Assembly: GCF_035486915.1 (NCBI RefSeq)
Contig: NZ_DATHMR010000010.1
Coordinates: 1 to 24,000 of the forward strand
Direction: 5' to 3'
Length of the DNA: 24,000 bases
From: Dyella sp.
GTDB taxonomy: Bacteria; Pseudomonadota; Gammaproteobacteria; Xanthomonadales; Rhodanobacteraceae
Made by a program: the position numbers and the translations under genes. Below are positions 1 through 7,585 of this stretch, in pieces. The first letter of the stretch is position 1. Each line of letters opens with the position of its first letter. The notes beneath the pieces are model-generated. The model ran no database searches. It was not told where the DNA came from and was given only the letters and a program-made list of their open reading frames with translations.

Positions 1-1
1 C

Positions 2-208
2 ACCGACCGGTTGACCCACTCGCACCTGGACACCCCGGCGTTCAACATCGATGGCACGCCAATGATAGATAGGTCTTTGGACATCCACGGAAATATGTAC
101 GGCGTTACTTCCCCCAGTTTCAATGTGGACGGCTCACCAATGTTCGGCAGCCTCGATATTCATGGCAATCCGTTCGGCGTGACATCCACGTTTCCTCACG
201 ACACCTGA
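2..208 (+). CDS. 3' end of a protein whose 5' end lies upstream of the window; C-terminus built of tandem FNxDGxPM...LDIHGNxxGVTS repeats, function unknown
   Basis: Frame +2 is open from nt 2 to the TGA at 206-208, so the TTG at 11 in the ORF track is probably internal. Translation: TDRLTHSHLDTPA FNIDGTPMIDRSLDIHGNMYGVTS PS FNVDGSPMFGSLDIHGNPFGVTS TFPHDT*. No family recognised. Confidence 0.45.
   Translation, partial: TDRLTHSHLDTPAFNIDGTPMIDRSLDIHGNMYGVTSPSFNVDGSPMFGSLDIHGNPFGVTSTFPHDT
41..187 (+). repeat. Tandem coding repeat, two copies of a 23-24 aa unit
   Basis: Unit FN[IV]DG[TS]PM-x(2-4)-LDIHGN-x-[YF]-GVTS occurs at nt 41-112 and 119-187, separated by Pro-Ser. Further copies may lie upstream of the window. 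Confidence 0.6.
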
Positions 209-279
209 GGCAGCACTCCCCATTTTATCGCGCCACCGAACTCATATCCGTTCTAACCGAACGCATCACCGAGGAATCC

Positions 280-1128
280 ATGCAGGTCATCACTCTTTCC
301 GATCACACCGGTGACAAAGCGCGCCAAGCACGCCAGGCTCGCGAAGCAGCGTTTTCAGATCAACAGCAAGCGCACGACGTAGCGCTGCGCACGTTCAGCG
401 CGCATCGACAGGCGTTGCGTCAACACGCGCGTGAGGCATGGCAAGCACGCCGTCTCGGCGCATTCACAGCAGCCGCGCTGCACGTCATGATCAATGCATG
501 TCGTCGCGCACCAGCGTCACCGCGCATGCCTGAGGCAAGTGATCAGGAACGGATATGGGAAGCCGGTAATGATGGCGAGAGCCGACTCCTGATGCGATTG
601 CAAGCACAGCTCGGTCCAGCGTGGACCGCTTTTACTGGCTATAAGAATCAAAAGGGAGAAGGCGACCTCATTCTGGTTGGACCACCAGGATTACTTGGGA
701 TTGAGATCAAGAACATTGCCGGCGTGATCAGTTGCCGTGGGGATGTCTGGGAGCGCGACAAGTACGACAACTATGGAAACTGTAAGGAACGCCATATACC
801 CATCACGGATCGCGGCGGACGCAGTCCCGCGCAACAGATCAACGACGTGTGCGGCGCGCTAAGCGCGTTTCTTGCTAAACGTCAGGTGGAAACCACCATA
901 TTGACGGCCGTGGTGCTCACTCATCCCAAAGCACGCATGGGGAGCCTCGTGCAGCCCACAGTCAACTACGTAGGCCCCCTGGAATCCTTGGAGGTCGAGC
1001 GCTTGTTCGAGCAATGCGCACGCCACGCACCTGCCCATGACACTGCGGCACTTACGCGCCTGATCACCCAGGACCACGCGCACCATGCGCAAGGTTCTCG
1101 CCCGCGCCGGATACCCTCATCGACTTGA
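280..1128 (+). CDS. NERD (nuclease-related domain) protein with an Ala/Arg/Gln-rich helical N-terminus
   Basis: ATG is preceded by GAGGA. The central block GESRLLMRLQAQLGPAWTAFTGY..GEGDLILVGPPGLLGIEIKNIAGVISCRGDVWER fits the NERD signature as I remember it (GE...acidic-hhhhG..GhhhIE.K..G....W). The N-terminus ARQARQAREAAFSDQQQAHD..RQALRQHAREAWQARR looks like a coiled coil and is followed by the hydrophobic stretch LGAFTAAALHVMINA. Confidence 0.8.
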   Translation: MQVITLSDHTGDKARQARQAREAAFSDQQQAHDVALRTFSAHRQALRQHAREAWQARRLGAFTAAALHVMINACRRAPASPRMPEASDQERIWEAGNDGESRLLMRLQAQLGPAWTAFTGYKNQKGEGDLILVGPPGLLGIEIKNIAGVISCRGDVWERDKYDNYGNCKERHIPITDRGGRSPAQQINDVCGALSAFLAKRQVETTILTAVVLTHPKARMGSLVQPTVNYVGPLESLEVERLFEQCARHAPAHDTAALTRLITQDHAHHAQGSRPRRIPSST

Positions 1129-1257
1129 CGAAGCGCTGGTCAAGTCGAACGGCACACGCTGTTACATCTCGTGCGGGAGGCACGATGAGCCTATTTATGG
1201 CACCTCCGCGCGACTCATACGTCACTATTATCACCTGGGTAATGCCTGCCACCCAGA

Positions 1258-1458
1258 CTAACTACCATCTTTCGTTACGACCACAATGATCTTACTGATA
1301 AGAATCTTAGAGAGCATGGCGTCCTCTCTAATGCTGAACACCTTGGCATCGACTCCATGTTTCACAAGGTGTTCCGACACTATCGTTTTCGGTCCGCGCC
1401 ACACGGTTGGATTGATGTAGAGACCCTGCCGAGAACCCGATTGCTTTTTCTTAGCCAT
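1258..1458 (-). CDS. Hypothetical small protein (66 aa, basic N-terminus MAKKKQSGSRQ)
   Basis: ATG at 1456-1458 is preceded on the minus strand by GGAGAGG (reverse complement of 1462-1471). The ORF lies in the AT-rich segment. No family recognised. Confidence 0.5.
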   Translation of the reverse strand: MAKKKQSGSRQGLYINPTVWRGPKTIVSEHLVKHGVDAKVFSIREDAMLSKILISKIIVVVTKDGS

Positions 1459-1861
1459 ATCCTCTCCTGGTCTGACGTGGCAACCATTTAACCGCCCTAC
1501 CGGACTAACAAGCGCGGCCGTAGATGTCGTGTAGAGGTACTCCGGAAAAGGTGTTCATGTCGGCCCACCTGAAAACGGAACCTATTTCTAAAACAGCTTT
1601 CGATTGGCGCAAGAGTCAGTAAATGACTGCGTCAAATGAACATGCGCAATTCATGAGAATTGCCACGCCTAAGCGCAATTGGGGATAACTCCTCCCGAGT
1701 CATTGAGTCTGTCCTTCATGGACTACGACCGGAACTTCTTCCCGCCATCATGTTACTGACGAAGCACGCCAGAGAATAGGTTGCCTCAACTCCCAACTGT
1801 GGTTCGCTTGATTTGTTTGCGGAAGCTCAGACAGGTCAAAACTCATAGCGGAGGTTCAACT

Positions 1862-2173
1862 ATGCATATCTCACAAGTCACTCGTCCCTGGCTTGACGCC
1901 CTGGATTGGATCCAGCGAACCGGTTGGCGTAGCCGCGTCCATGACGTCGCCGTCGCCAAATGGATATTCGACGGTTGGTGGCAGCAAGTCGAAAAATCGT
2001 GCTGCGCGAGTGAAAAACAGAACCTGTGTGGCTTCATCGAGGCGCTCGAAGAGGTGTTTCACGATTCTCATGACGCAGATGCGGTACGGCACCTGTGCTT
2101 TCTATTCCACGAGATGTTCGAAAGTGAGTTCGTATCGCGCCGATGGGCTGCTTTGAAATGCTCATCGAGCTGA
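1862..2173 (+). CDS. Hypothetical protein (103 aa from ATG 1862; Trp- and Cys-containing, acidic)
   Basis: ATG 1862 (MHISQVTRPWLDALDW...) has GGAGG about 8 nt upstream (agcGGAGGttcaactATG). The TTG at 1781 given in the ORF track has no such site. No family recognised. Confidence 0.5.
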   Translation: MHISQVTRPWLDALDWIQRTGWRSRVHDVAVAKWIFDGWWQQVEKSCCASEKQNLCGFIEALEEVFHDSHDADAVRHLCFLFHEMFESEFVSRRWAALKCSSS

Positions 2174-2362
2174 CAACAAAATGTGCGGCGAGAATAGTTA
2201 ACAACTTCCGGTAATTAACCTCTATTCCTTTGAGTTAGATTGTGCCAGTCGCGCGACCACCCCTTACAACGAAGAAGAGTACCTGAGCGAACGCGCATAG
2301 CGAAGACCTGTCTGACTGGACTGAGGAACAATGATTTTCATTACCGAGCTGTTGAAGAAAGA

Positions 2363-2396
2363 GCCGCGAACGACCGAAACTAATACCGTTCGCGGC
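2363..2396 (-). terminator. Hairpin downstream of the AlpA-family gene (possible terminator)
   Basis: Perfect 10-bp stem gccgcgaacg / cgttcgcggc with a 14-nt loop. On the minus strand it is followed by TCTTTCTT. It sits 36 nt past the stop of the 2432-2614 gene. Confidence 0.35.
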
Positions 2397-2431
2397 GAAA
2401 CAGGAAGCCACAAAATCTTATGAACTGCAGA

Positions 2432-2614
2432 CTAGCGATTGCCGTCGATGAATGCATTCATCCAGGCTTCCACTTTGTCCGAAACCCACCTTTTACAGCG
2501 CGGGGACAGTTTGATGGGACTGGGAAACTTCCCTGCTTTCACTAACCGGCAGAGTTCAGACTTGGAAATACGAATTTTTGCCAAAACGTCTTTTTCAGTG
2601 AGGAATGTCGACAT
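2432..2614 (-). CDS. AlpA-family phage/island transcriptional regulator (excisionase-like HTH)
   Basis: 60 aa: MSTFLTEKDVLAKIRISKSELCRLVKAGKFPSPIKLSPRCKRWVSDKVEAWMNAFI. This is the typical AlpA/MerR-type pattern (L...ev....gis.stlyr....G.FP.P.klg.r...W...ev..W). Confidence 0.85.
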   Translation of the reverse strand: MSTFLTEKDVLAKIRISKSELCRLVKAGKFPSPIKLSPRCKRWVSDKVEAWMNAFIDGNR

Positions 2615-2618
2615 AAAA

Positions 2619-2657
2619 AATTCCCAATTGCCTAAAGCTTCTTGTTTTTTGGGAATT
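2619..2657. promoter_or_regulatory. Inverted repeat immediately upstream of the AlpA-family gene (candidate operator)
   Basis: aattcccaa (2619-2627) and ttgggaatt (2649-2657) are perfect 9-bp reverse complements with a 21-bp spacer. The repeat starts 5 nt upstream of the start codon. Confidence 0.3.
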
Positions 2658-3229
2658 CAAACCCCCGCATATCTCACCATGAAGCATAGCTAGCCGATCA
2701 TGCTGATCCGCTCACACTCGAACCATCGAATGTCGCACCAAATTCGGGGCTAGGGTCCTCAATGAAGAGGAGGAGAGATTGCCGATGCGGAATTGAGGAC
2801 TAGTAACCTTGATCTAAGGTACCGCGCGCGCATCAAGCACGGACACAAAATCAGCATTAGCTGTAATTGACCAAGGACAGTCTGCAAGCAACAAGGTCGC
2901 CGCAACAAACAAAATTTCGCATACAAATGCTTTATCAAAGCACTGAAATTTAGGCTCTGAACCTCAGTTGGGCACAATCTCCCAACAGGGATTGAGTTCT
3001 TGAAAATCGGAGATCTAGAAAGACGATCTTCAAATAAAAGCTCTCGCAAACCACGACCTTCTTGCGAAGGGTTAGAGTTCAAGAACTCTGCATGTAGTGG
3101 AGGTAATGGACCTCGATCCAACGCGATTCGTTGCGCGATTTAAACATAATTCAAGATCCATTTAAGCACAAGTGGTCTGTTGCACGAAAGAGCAAAAAAA
3201 CTAATTAGCCACTTTGAAAACTAGAAAGA

Positions 3230-3247
3230 GCGCCAAAATTTTGGCGC
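3230..3247 (-). terminator. Palindromic hairpin downstream of the recombinase gene
   Basis: gcgccaaaattttggcgc is a perfect 18-nt palindrome located 50 nt past the recombinase stop (3298). On the minus strand it is followed by CTCTTTCT. Confidence 0.4.
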
Positions 3248-3297
3248 GCCCTTAAGTGCCTGAGGTCGCATCCTAATAACTTCTTGATGCATGGATC

Positions 3298-4203
3298 TTA
3301 CTTACCACGCAAGCTCCTGGTGTACACACTTCGAATCCAACGACCACGACCACTACCGTGACCGAGATCCGCGGCCACTAACAGTGAAGCCTCCCTGTTA
3401 GAGAAGCCCTCTCCAAGATAGGCGACGTAATTTGAACATGCAAAGGCGTACCTAGCGGCGTGAGGCTTAATACCCGCGCGGTGCATCCATGTGTGATAAA
3501 TCCCGCGAGCCTGACGCAGACCACCCGCTGCCTCACCATTCTTTCGCATCACCAGAAAGCCGTGTTGTGCAGATGCCACGTCAAGTGCATGGCATATCGC
3601 TGCGCGCGCTTTTCCAACGTCTTTGATGTGGACGTAGCGAGTTCTACCACCCTTCGTACCCGCGATCACAAAGATAATCTGTGTGCTATCCAATTCACGA
3701 AGCCATCGACGCAACGTGTCCGGAAGAGCATGAAGCGCTTCATTACCGCGAAGTCCTAAGTACCGTTCTAACCCAAGCGCGCATCCCATGCCCTTTCGCT
3801 GCAATCGCTCACTCCGCATGTAAGCCACGTTAAGCTCATCGTTCGTCAATGGCTCTTTCTTACCGATCCGGGAACCACCAGAAACCCCGAGAGCGCGATT
3901 GCTCGCCTCGGGAGAATCGGCCAGTTCCTTTTTCCCGCATTTCCGCAAGAGGCTCCTCAGGTGAGATAATTCGTTCTGAATTGTTCTGATCTCGACACCC
4001 TCATCCTTACGGTAGTCAACGTATACAACGAGGTTTTTTAAGCTAATGTCGTGCGGATCTTTCAAATGAGTGAAGCCTAATTCGAACACCAAATCGGAAA
4101 ATTTTCCGATCGTTTTAGTACGGGCCTCCTTCGTGTGATGCGAACCTTTAATACTCAAAATCTTTTCGCGACATTTCGCAGCGAAAGCGTTTTTCTTAGA
4201 CAT
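3298..4203 (-). CDS. Tyrosine recombinase/integrase of the small plasmid- and island-borne type (Phage_int_SAM_2 + Integrase_1-like, from memory)
   Basis: The start is taken at ATG 4201-4203 (MSKKNAFAAK...) because AGGAGG lies about 6 nt upstream on the minus strand. The track's longer start at 4281 lacks an RBS. Catalytic-type residues appear in order: LRGNEA (Arg), GTKGGR (Lys), HAARYAFA (His-x-x-Arg), LGHG (His), SVYTR (Tyr). The N-terminal half (KTIGKFSDLV...IRTIQNELSHLRSLLRKCGKKELADS..SNRALGVSGGSR) resembles the SAM-like N-domain of this family. Confidence 0.85.
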   Translation of the reverse strand: MSKKNAFAAKCREKILSIKGSHHTKEARTKTIGKFSDLVFELGFTHLKDPHDISLKNLVVYVDYRKDEGVEIRTIQNELSHLRSLLRKCGKKELADSPEASNRALGVSGGSRIGKKEPLTNDELNVAYMRSERLQRKGMGCALGLERYLGLRGNEALHALPDTLRRWLRELDSTQIIFVIAGTKGGRTRYVHIKDVGKARAAICHALDVASAQHGFLVMRKNGEAAGGLRQARGIYHTWMHRAGIKPHAARYAFACSNYVAYLGEGFSNREASLLVAADLGHGSGRGRWIRSVYTRSLRGK

Positions 4204-4243
4204 AATTCCTCCTATCTGGTTGAAGTTAAACTGCAAGCATGGT

Positions 4244-4297
4244 GCCGTGCTGACGGCTCTGATTCCAAAAGCAAATCGCATCCCCTCTCAGCACGGC
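4244..4297. promoter_or_regulatory. 10-bp inverted repeat upstream of the recombinase gene
   Basis: gccgtgctga (4244-4253) and tcagcacggc (4288-4297) are perfect reverse complements, starting about 40 nt upstream of the recombinase start. Its function as operator, terminator or recombination site is unknown. Confidence 0.3.
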
Positions 4298-4640
4298 TGA
4301 AAGTAGTTGAGTAACGAGCCCCGCAAACGGTTGGCAGATCCAACCGATGCACAGTTATTACTGCTAGAGGGGCGAGCCTCTGTGAGGCGAGGGAATGAAA
4401 CAAGATTGACGGGAAGCACGACGTCGTCGATGACGGCAAGTGCAATAAGAGATGAAAAGAGTTCTCCGAAAGCGAGGTCGGAGAGATCGGTATTTATTGA
4501 ATGGGCACGACACGCAGACCGCGCCAGGTCAGGGATATTTTAGGTGACGTACCACCCACTCAGCGGTGATATGTCTCCATGCTGACTTCACTGGAAAAGG
4601 TGACCAGCATTCTCAAGAATTAAACAAACAGTATTTATAT

Positions 4641-4670
4641 GGTGAATTCACGGCAAGACGTGAATTCACC
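4641..4670. repeat. Perfect 11-bp inverted repeat (hairpin) in non-coding AT-rich DNA
   Basis: ggtgaattcac-ggcaagac-gtgaattcacc. Each arm contains GAATTC. A second imperfect hairpin follows at 4686-4708 (gtggaaaagg..cctttccac). Confidence 0.4.
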
Positions 4671-5293
4671 TTTAGTTATAAAAGCGTGGAAAAGGTTCTC
4701 CTTTCCACCTATCACCATACTTCAGCGCCGCAAACGTGGGGCGTCACGACCAGTTAGTTGGTGACTCTTTGTAAATGAGAATTTAGCTTCTTGCAACCGT
4801 TTTTTGCTACGCAAATTCGTCAGATTATCGGCATGGAATCATATGGAGCGAATAGAGACCATATGGTCAATTAGATCTTTTTTAAAAGGCATTCCTCGCG
4901 GACCTCACGCGACCGGGAATGTCTAAAAGCGTGAGCGCTAGGTATTAACGGCAGGCAACGCGTTTCGCTCGATGTAACGCATCTCAATGATTTACCTGCA
5001 CTTCGCTTTGGCGTCACTGGAGCGTTTCTTTGCGATATCTTTGATTTCAGTATGGATTTTACGCGTTCGCTACGTGCGTCACTCTTTCGGCACGCTGAGT
5101 TTTGCAACTGCTTAAAGCAGCGTAAGCACCGGTGCGCACACCGACAGAGTTGATCAGTACGACCAATCGATCATGATCAGTCCACCGGCCGGAATCGGCC
5201 AGGAGCGGTCAGTCGACATTGAAGCCCAAATCGCTAACAATCGGTGGCCGCCTTCTTTGCCAATTATCTGTTTTCGGATACCTCGGAGTAGCC

Positions 5294-6100
5294 ATGATGC
5301 ATCCTATTTCGAGATGCTTCGACAGTTTTGGGGTGTGCGCGCGTGCGGCCGCACTGGCCGCATTGGTCTTAGGCATGATCAATACCGCCGCCGCAGATCA
5401 GCTTGAAGATGCGGCAGCAGCGTTGCATAGAATGGACTACGCAACCGCAATCGCACTTTGGCAGCCTCTTGCTCAACAAGGAAACTCAAGAGCAGAAATG
5501 GGTATGGGCAAACTGTATGATTCCGGATTGGGTGTCCCTAAAGATCCGGCACAAGCCACCGTTTGGTATCAGAAAGCTGCGAATCAAGGTGACGTCGAAG
5601 GCGAATGCTTCGTCGGCGAGAGGTACGTACAGGGATACGGCGGCCTGCCTCATGACGTTTCGCAGGGGTTGACGCTAATGGAAAAGGCCGCCGATCATGG
5701 AAATGCAAACTGCGCGGAACAGATCGGAGAACTCTATCGAAATGGTCTATTCGGCGCCCCCAAAAATCCCGTGCAAGCAGTCGCATGGTATCGAAGAGGG
5801 GCGGAGATGGGAAATACGCTCGCCGAAGGCCGACTTGGGGCCGATTATCAGTTTGGCATTGGAGTTCAGCAAGATTCCGCGCAAGCTGCATATTGGTATC
5901 GGAAAGAGGTAGAACAAATGCGGAAAGACGCCGAGCAGGGCAACGTTGTTGCGCAACTGAACTTAGGCGAATCTTACGAAACGGCATCATCCGGCTTAGC
6001 CAGAGACAAAACTGCAGCCTTGTATTGGTGTGGGAAAGCAGCGCAACAGAAAAGTCCCCTAAAGATTTTTGCGGAGCAATGCGTCGCATTGGCTAAATAG
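5294..6100 (+). CDS. Secreted Sel1-repeat (TPR-like) protein
   Basis: ATG 5294 is preceded by GGAG. The signal-peptide-like N-terminus is MMHPISRCFDSFGVCARAAALAALVLGMINTAAA/DQ. There are at least five Sel1-type repeats (e.g. GMGKLYDSGLGVPKDPAQATVWYQKAANQG, IGELYRNGLFGAPKNPVQAVAWYRRGAEMG, LGADYQFGIGVQQDSAQAAYWYRK). Confidence 0.85.
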   Translation: MMHPISRCFDSFGVCARAAALAALVLGMINTAAADQLEDAAAALHRMDYATAIALWQPLAQQGNSRAEMGMGKLYDSGLGVPKDPAQATVWYQKAANQGDVEGECFVGERYVQGYGGLPHDVSQGLTLMEKAADHGNANCAEQIGELYRNGLFGAPKNPVQAVAWYRRGAEMGNTLAEGRLGADYQFGIGVQQDSAQAAYWYRKEVEQMRKDAEQGNVVAQLNLGESYETASSGLARDKTAALYWCGKAAQQKSPLKIFAEQCVALAK

Positions 6101-6309
6101 GGGACGCCGTTAACTCTGCTAGCGCGCAGAGATGCCTATCGCAGTCGTTCTGCTGCCAGTACGAAAAGAGCAAACACTGTGACGCCCCGAATGTCCGGAA
6201 GCGGACACTTCCATTTCTTCGTTGCCCTCTCTAGAACGTAGTTTTGCCCTGATTGTCGAGCATGATCCATTTTAAACTCTGAACTAACCAGCGGGTGACG
6301 GGGGCATCT

Positions 6310-6714
6310 ATGCGGGCTCGATTGCTACTTCTTCTTTGCGGCATGGCCGTCTGTGAACTGGCCATAGCCAAACCGACGTGCGATAGCAAAGGCTTCAACA
6401 GCCACAGTGATCAAATCGCCTGCGAGGTCCGCCAAAGCCAACAACGCTCTCAGGAAGTCGATCGCGCTTTCGCGGACCTAATGTCGGCCAATGATCACTT
6501 CAATCGTATTCCCGGAACCAAGCCCAATATTTTCACGGAGTGGTTAAAATCCGATCAAGTGCAATGGCGCGCGTTCACCAGCAAGGACTGCGAACTGCAA
6601 GGCGAGGTGACTATGGGGACGGCGGGCTCCGATGTCGTGCAGCAATGCCTGCAAGAGGCCTACACGCAACGCAGACAGGTGCTCCATCAAATGGCGCAAC
6701 TGCTGGGCAACTGA
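6310..6714 (+). CDS. Secreted DUF1311 / LprI-like (lysozyme-inhibitor-family) protein
   Basis: ATG 6310 (MRARLLLLLCGMAVCELAIA/KP) gives a signal peptide. The mature part has the DUF1311 layout I recall: C-x...Q.........L...Y..L........L...Q..W..........C......GT......C......R...L (CDSKG..QIACEV..DRAFADLM..WLKSDQVQWRAF..KDCELQGE..GTAGSDVVQQCLQEAYTQRRQVL). Confidence 0.75.
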   Translation: MRARLLLLLCGMAVCELAIAKPTCDSKGFNSHSDQIACEVRQSQQRSQEVDRAFADLMSANDHFNRIPGTKPNIFTEWLKSDQVQWRAFTSKDCELQGEVTMGTAGSDVVQQCLQEAYTQRRQVLHQMAQLLGN

Positions 6715-7232
6715 TGGCTCAGGCCAGCGCTTTTCCGCGTCTCACTAAGGTCTGCTTCGGGTCGATTTCCGCCGGTCGATGTGGACCCGCAGCTGATCAT
6801 ACAGACCGGCAGACTGGTCATCGTCGATCGGTCGTGTGATGCATTCGATCCGGTGCACGCACACCGGCGATGAACTTCCTGCCAGGTGCTGGCGAATGGG
6901 GCCGTTAGCCTTGAACTGCGATGGCACAGCTTTACACCCATTCTCAGATAATTAAGCCGAGCATAACCTTACGTTCGAAGACGTTCATAGATACATAGCT
7001 TTTCCGCAATAATTTATTTGTGGATAGGATGAGCGGGCAAATTCGACTAAGTTTAAGTAGCTAAGGCAACCAGCTGGCTCAGTCTTTCGTCACGGGGGTA
7101 TTTTCGGGGGTATAAATAAAGGCATAGCCTCTGCTAATGCATATAAATCAATAAGATATATCCAAGATATGAATCCTATTTCCGCACCACTTGCTTGTTT
7201 CATGCCGTCCAGCGACGTGTCGTGAAACCACG

Positions 7233-7259
7233 AAAACCCGCCAAATGGCGGGTTTTTTT
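7233..7259 (+). terminator. Rho-independent terminator with no annotated gene in front of it
   Basis: aaaacccgcc-aaat-ggcgggttttttt: a GC-rich 7-10 bp stem, 4-nt loop and 7-T run on the plus strand. A second small hairpin, cgtg-aaac-cacg, lies directly upstream at 7221-7232. Confidence 0.6.
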
Positions 7260-7531
7260 GTGCCGTATCTTTCCACGCCGTCCCATTGAAGCCGAATAAG
7301 CGTGGGTGTTTTAGGGGGCTACATCCCCCTGCTGGGGCATTTGGTCCGGGAAAGCGGTCATGGCTCGCGACACCGGTATCGGCGTAGACACCTACCGGAT
7401 GACTCATTGGCAGCATGGCCGCACTCATCATCGCTTTCTTATTCGTCTCGTTCCTTACTACCTACACCCGTTCCTTTGGATGTGCTCAACACATTCCTGA
7501 ACAAACACCCAGAACTCTCTGAACAATGCAA

Positions 7532-7549
7532 GAGCATCAGTCGATGCTC
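7532..7549 (-). terminator. Hairpin just past the stop of the CsgG-like gene
   Basis: gagcatc-agtc-gatgctc (7-bp stem) lies 37 nt downstream of stop 7586-7588. On the minus strand it is followed by TTGCATTGTT. Confidence 0.35.
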
Positions 7550-7585
7550 CCGCGCAGTTTTGTTTCAAGATTAATCCCGATGTGC

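Larger units (their letters stand above)
1250..5200. mobile_element. AT-rich integrative-element-like module (AlpA-family regulator, small tyrosine recombinase, orphan small genes); borders approximate
   Basis: Hand-counted 60-nt lines give 24/60 GC (2881-2940), 24/60 (3121-3180) and 26/60 (3961-4020), against 41/60 in a core line (17041-17100). This segment holds the only recombinase and excisionase-type genes in the window. I found no terminal direct or inverted repeats by eye. Confidence 0.4.

Noticed and set aside
2759-3121. 120-aa minus-strand ORF between the recombinase and AlpA genes
   Set aside because: It has a TTG start with no RBS, and a Leu/Arg/Cys/Pro-rich composition (LLRRPCCLQTVLGQLQLMLILCPCLM) typical of random AT-rich DNA read out of context. 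The region is more likely regulatory or att-type DNA.
5538-6089. 183-aa ORF antisense to the Sel1-repeat gene
   Set aside because: The sense strand shows clear periodic Sel1 repeats and a signal peptide. The antisense product has no features.
6745-6927. 60-aa (and overlapping 84-aa) minus-strand ORFs just downstream of the DUF1311 gene; considered as a gene remnant (transposase or toxin fragment)
   Set aside because: I found no RBS and no motif I can match to any transposase, toxin or antitoxin family. The two overlapping frames are equally unconvincing. This could only be settled by BLASTX.
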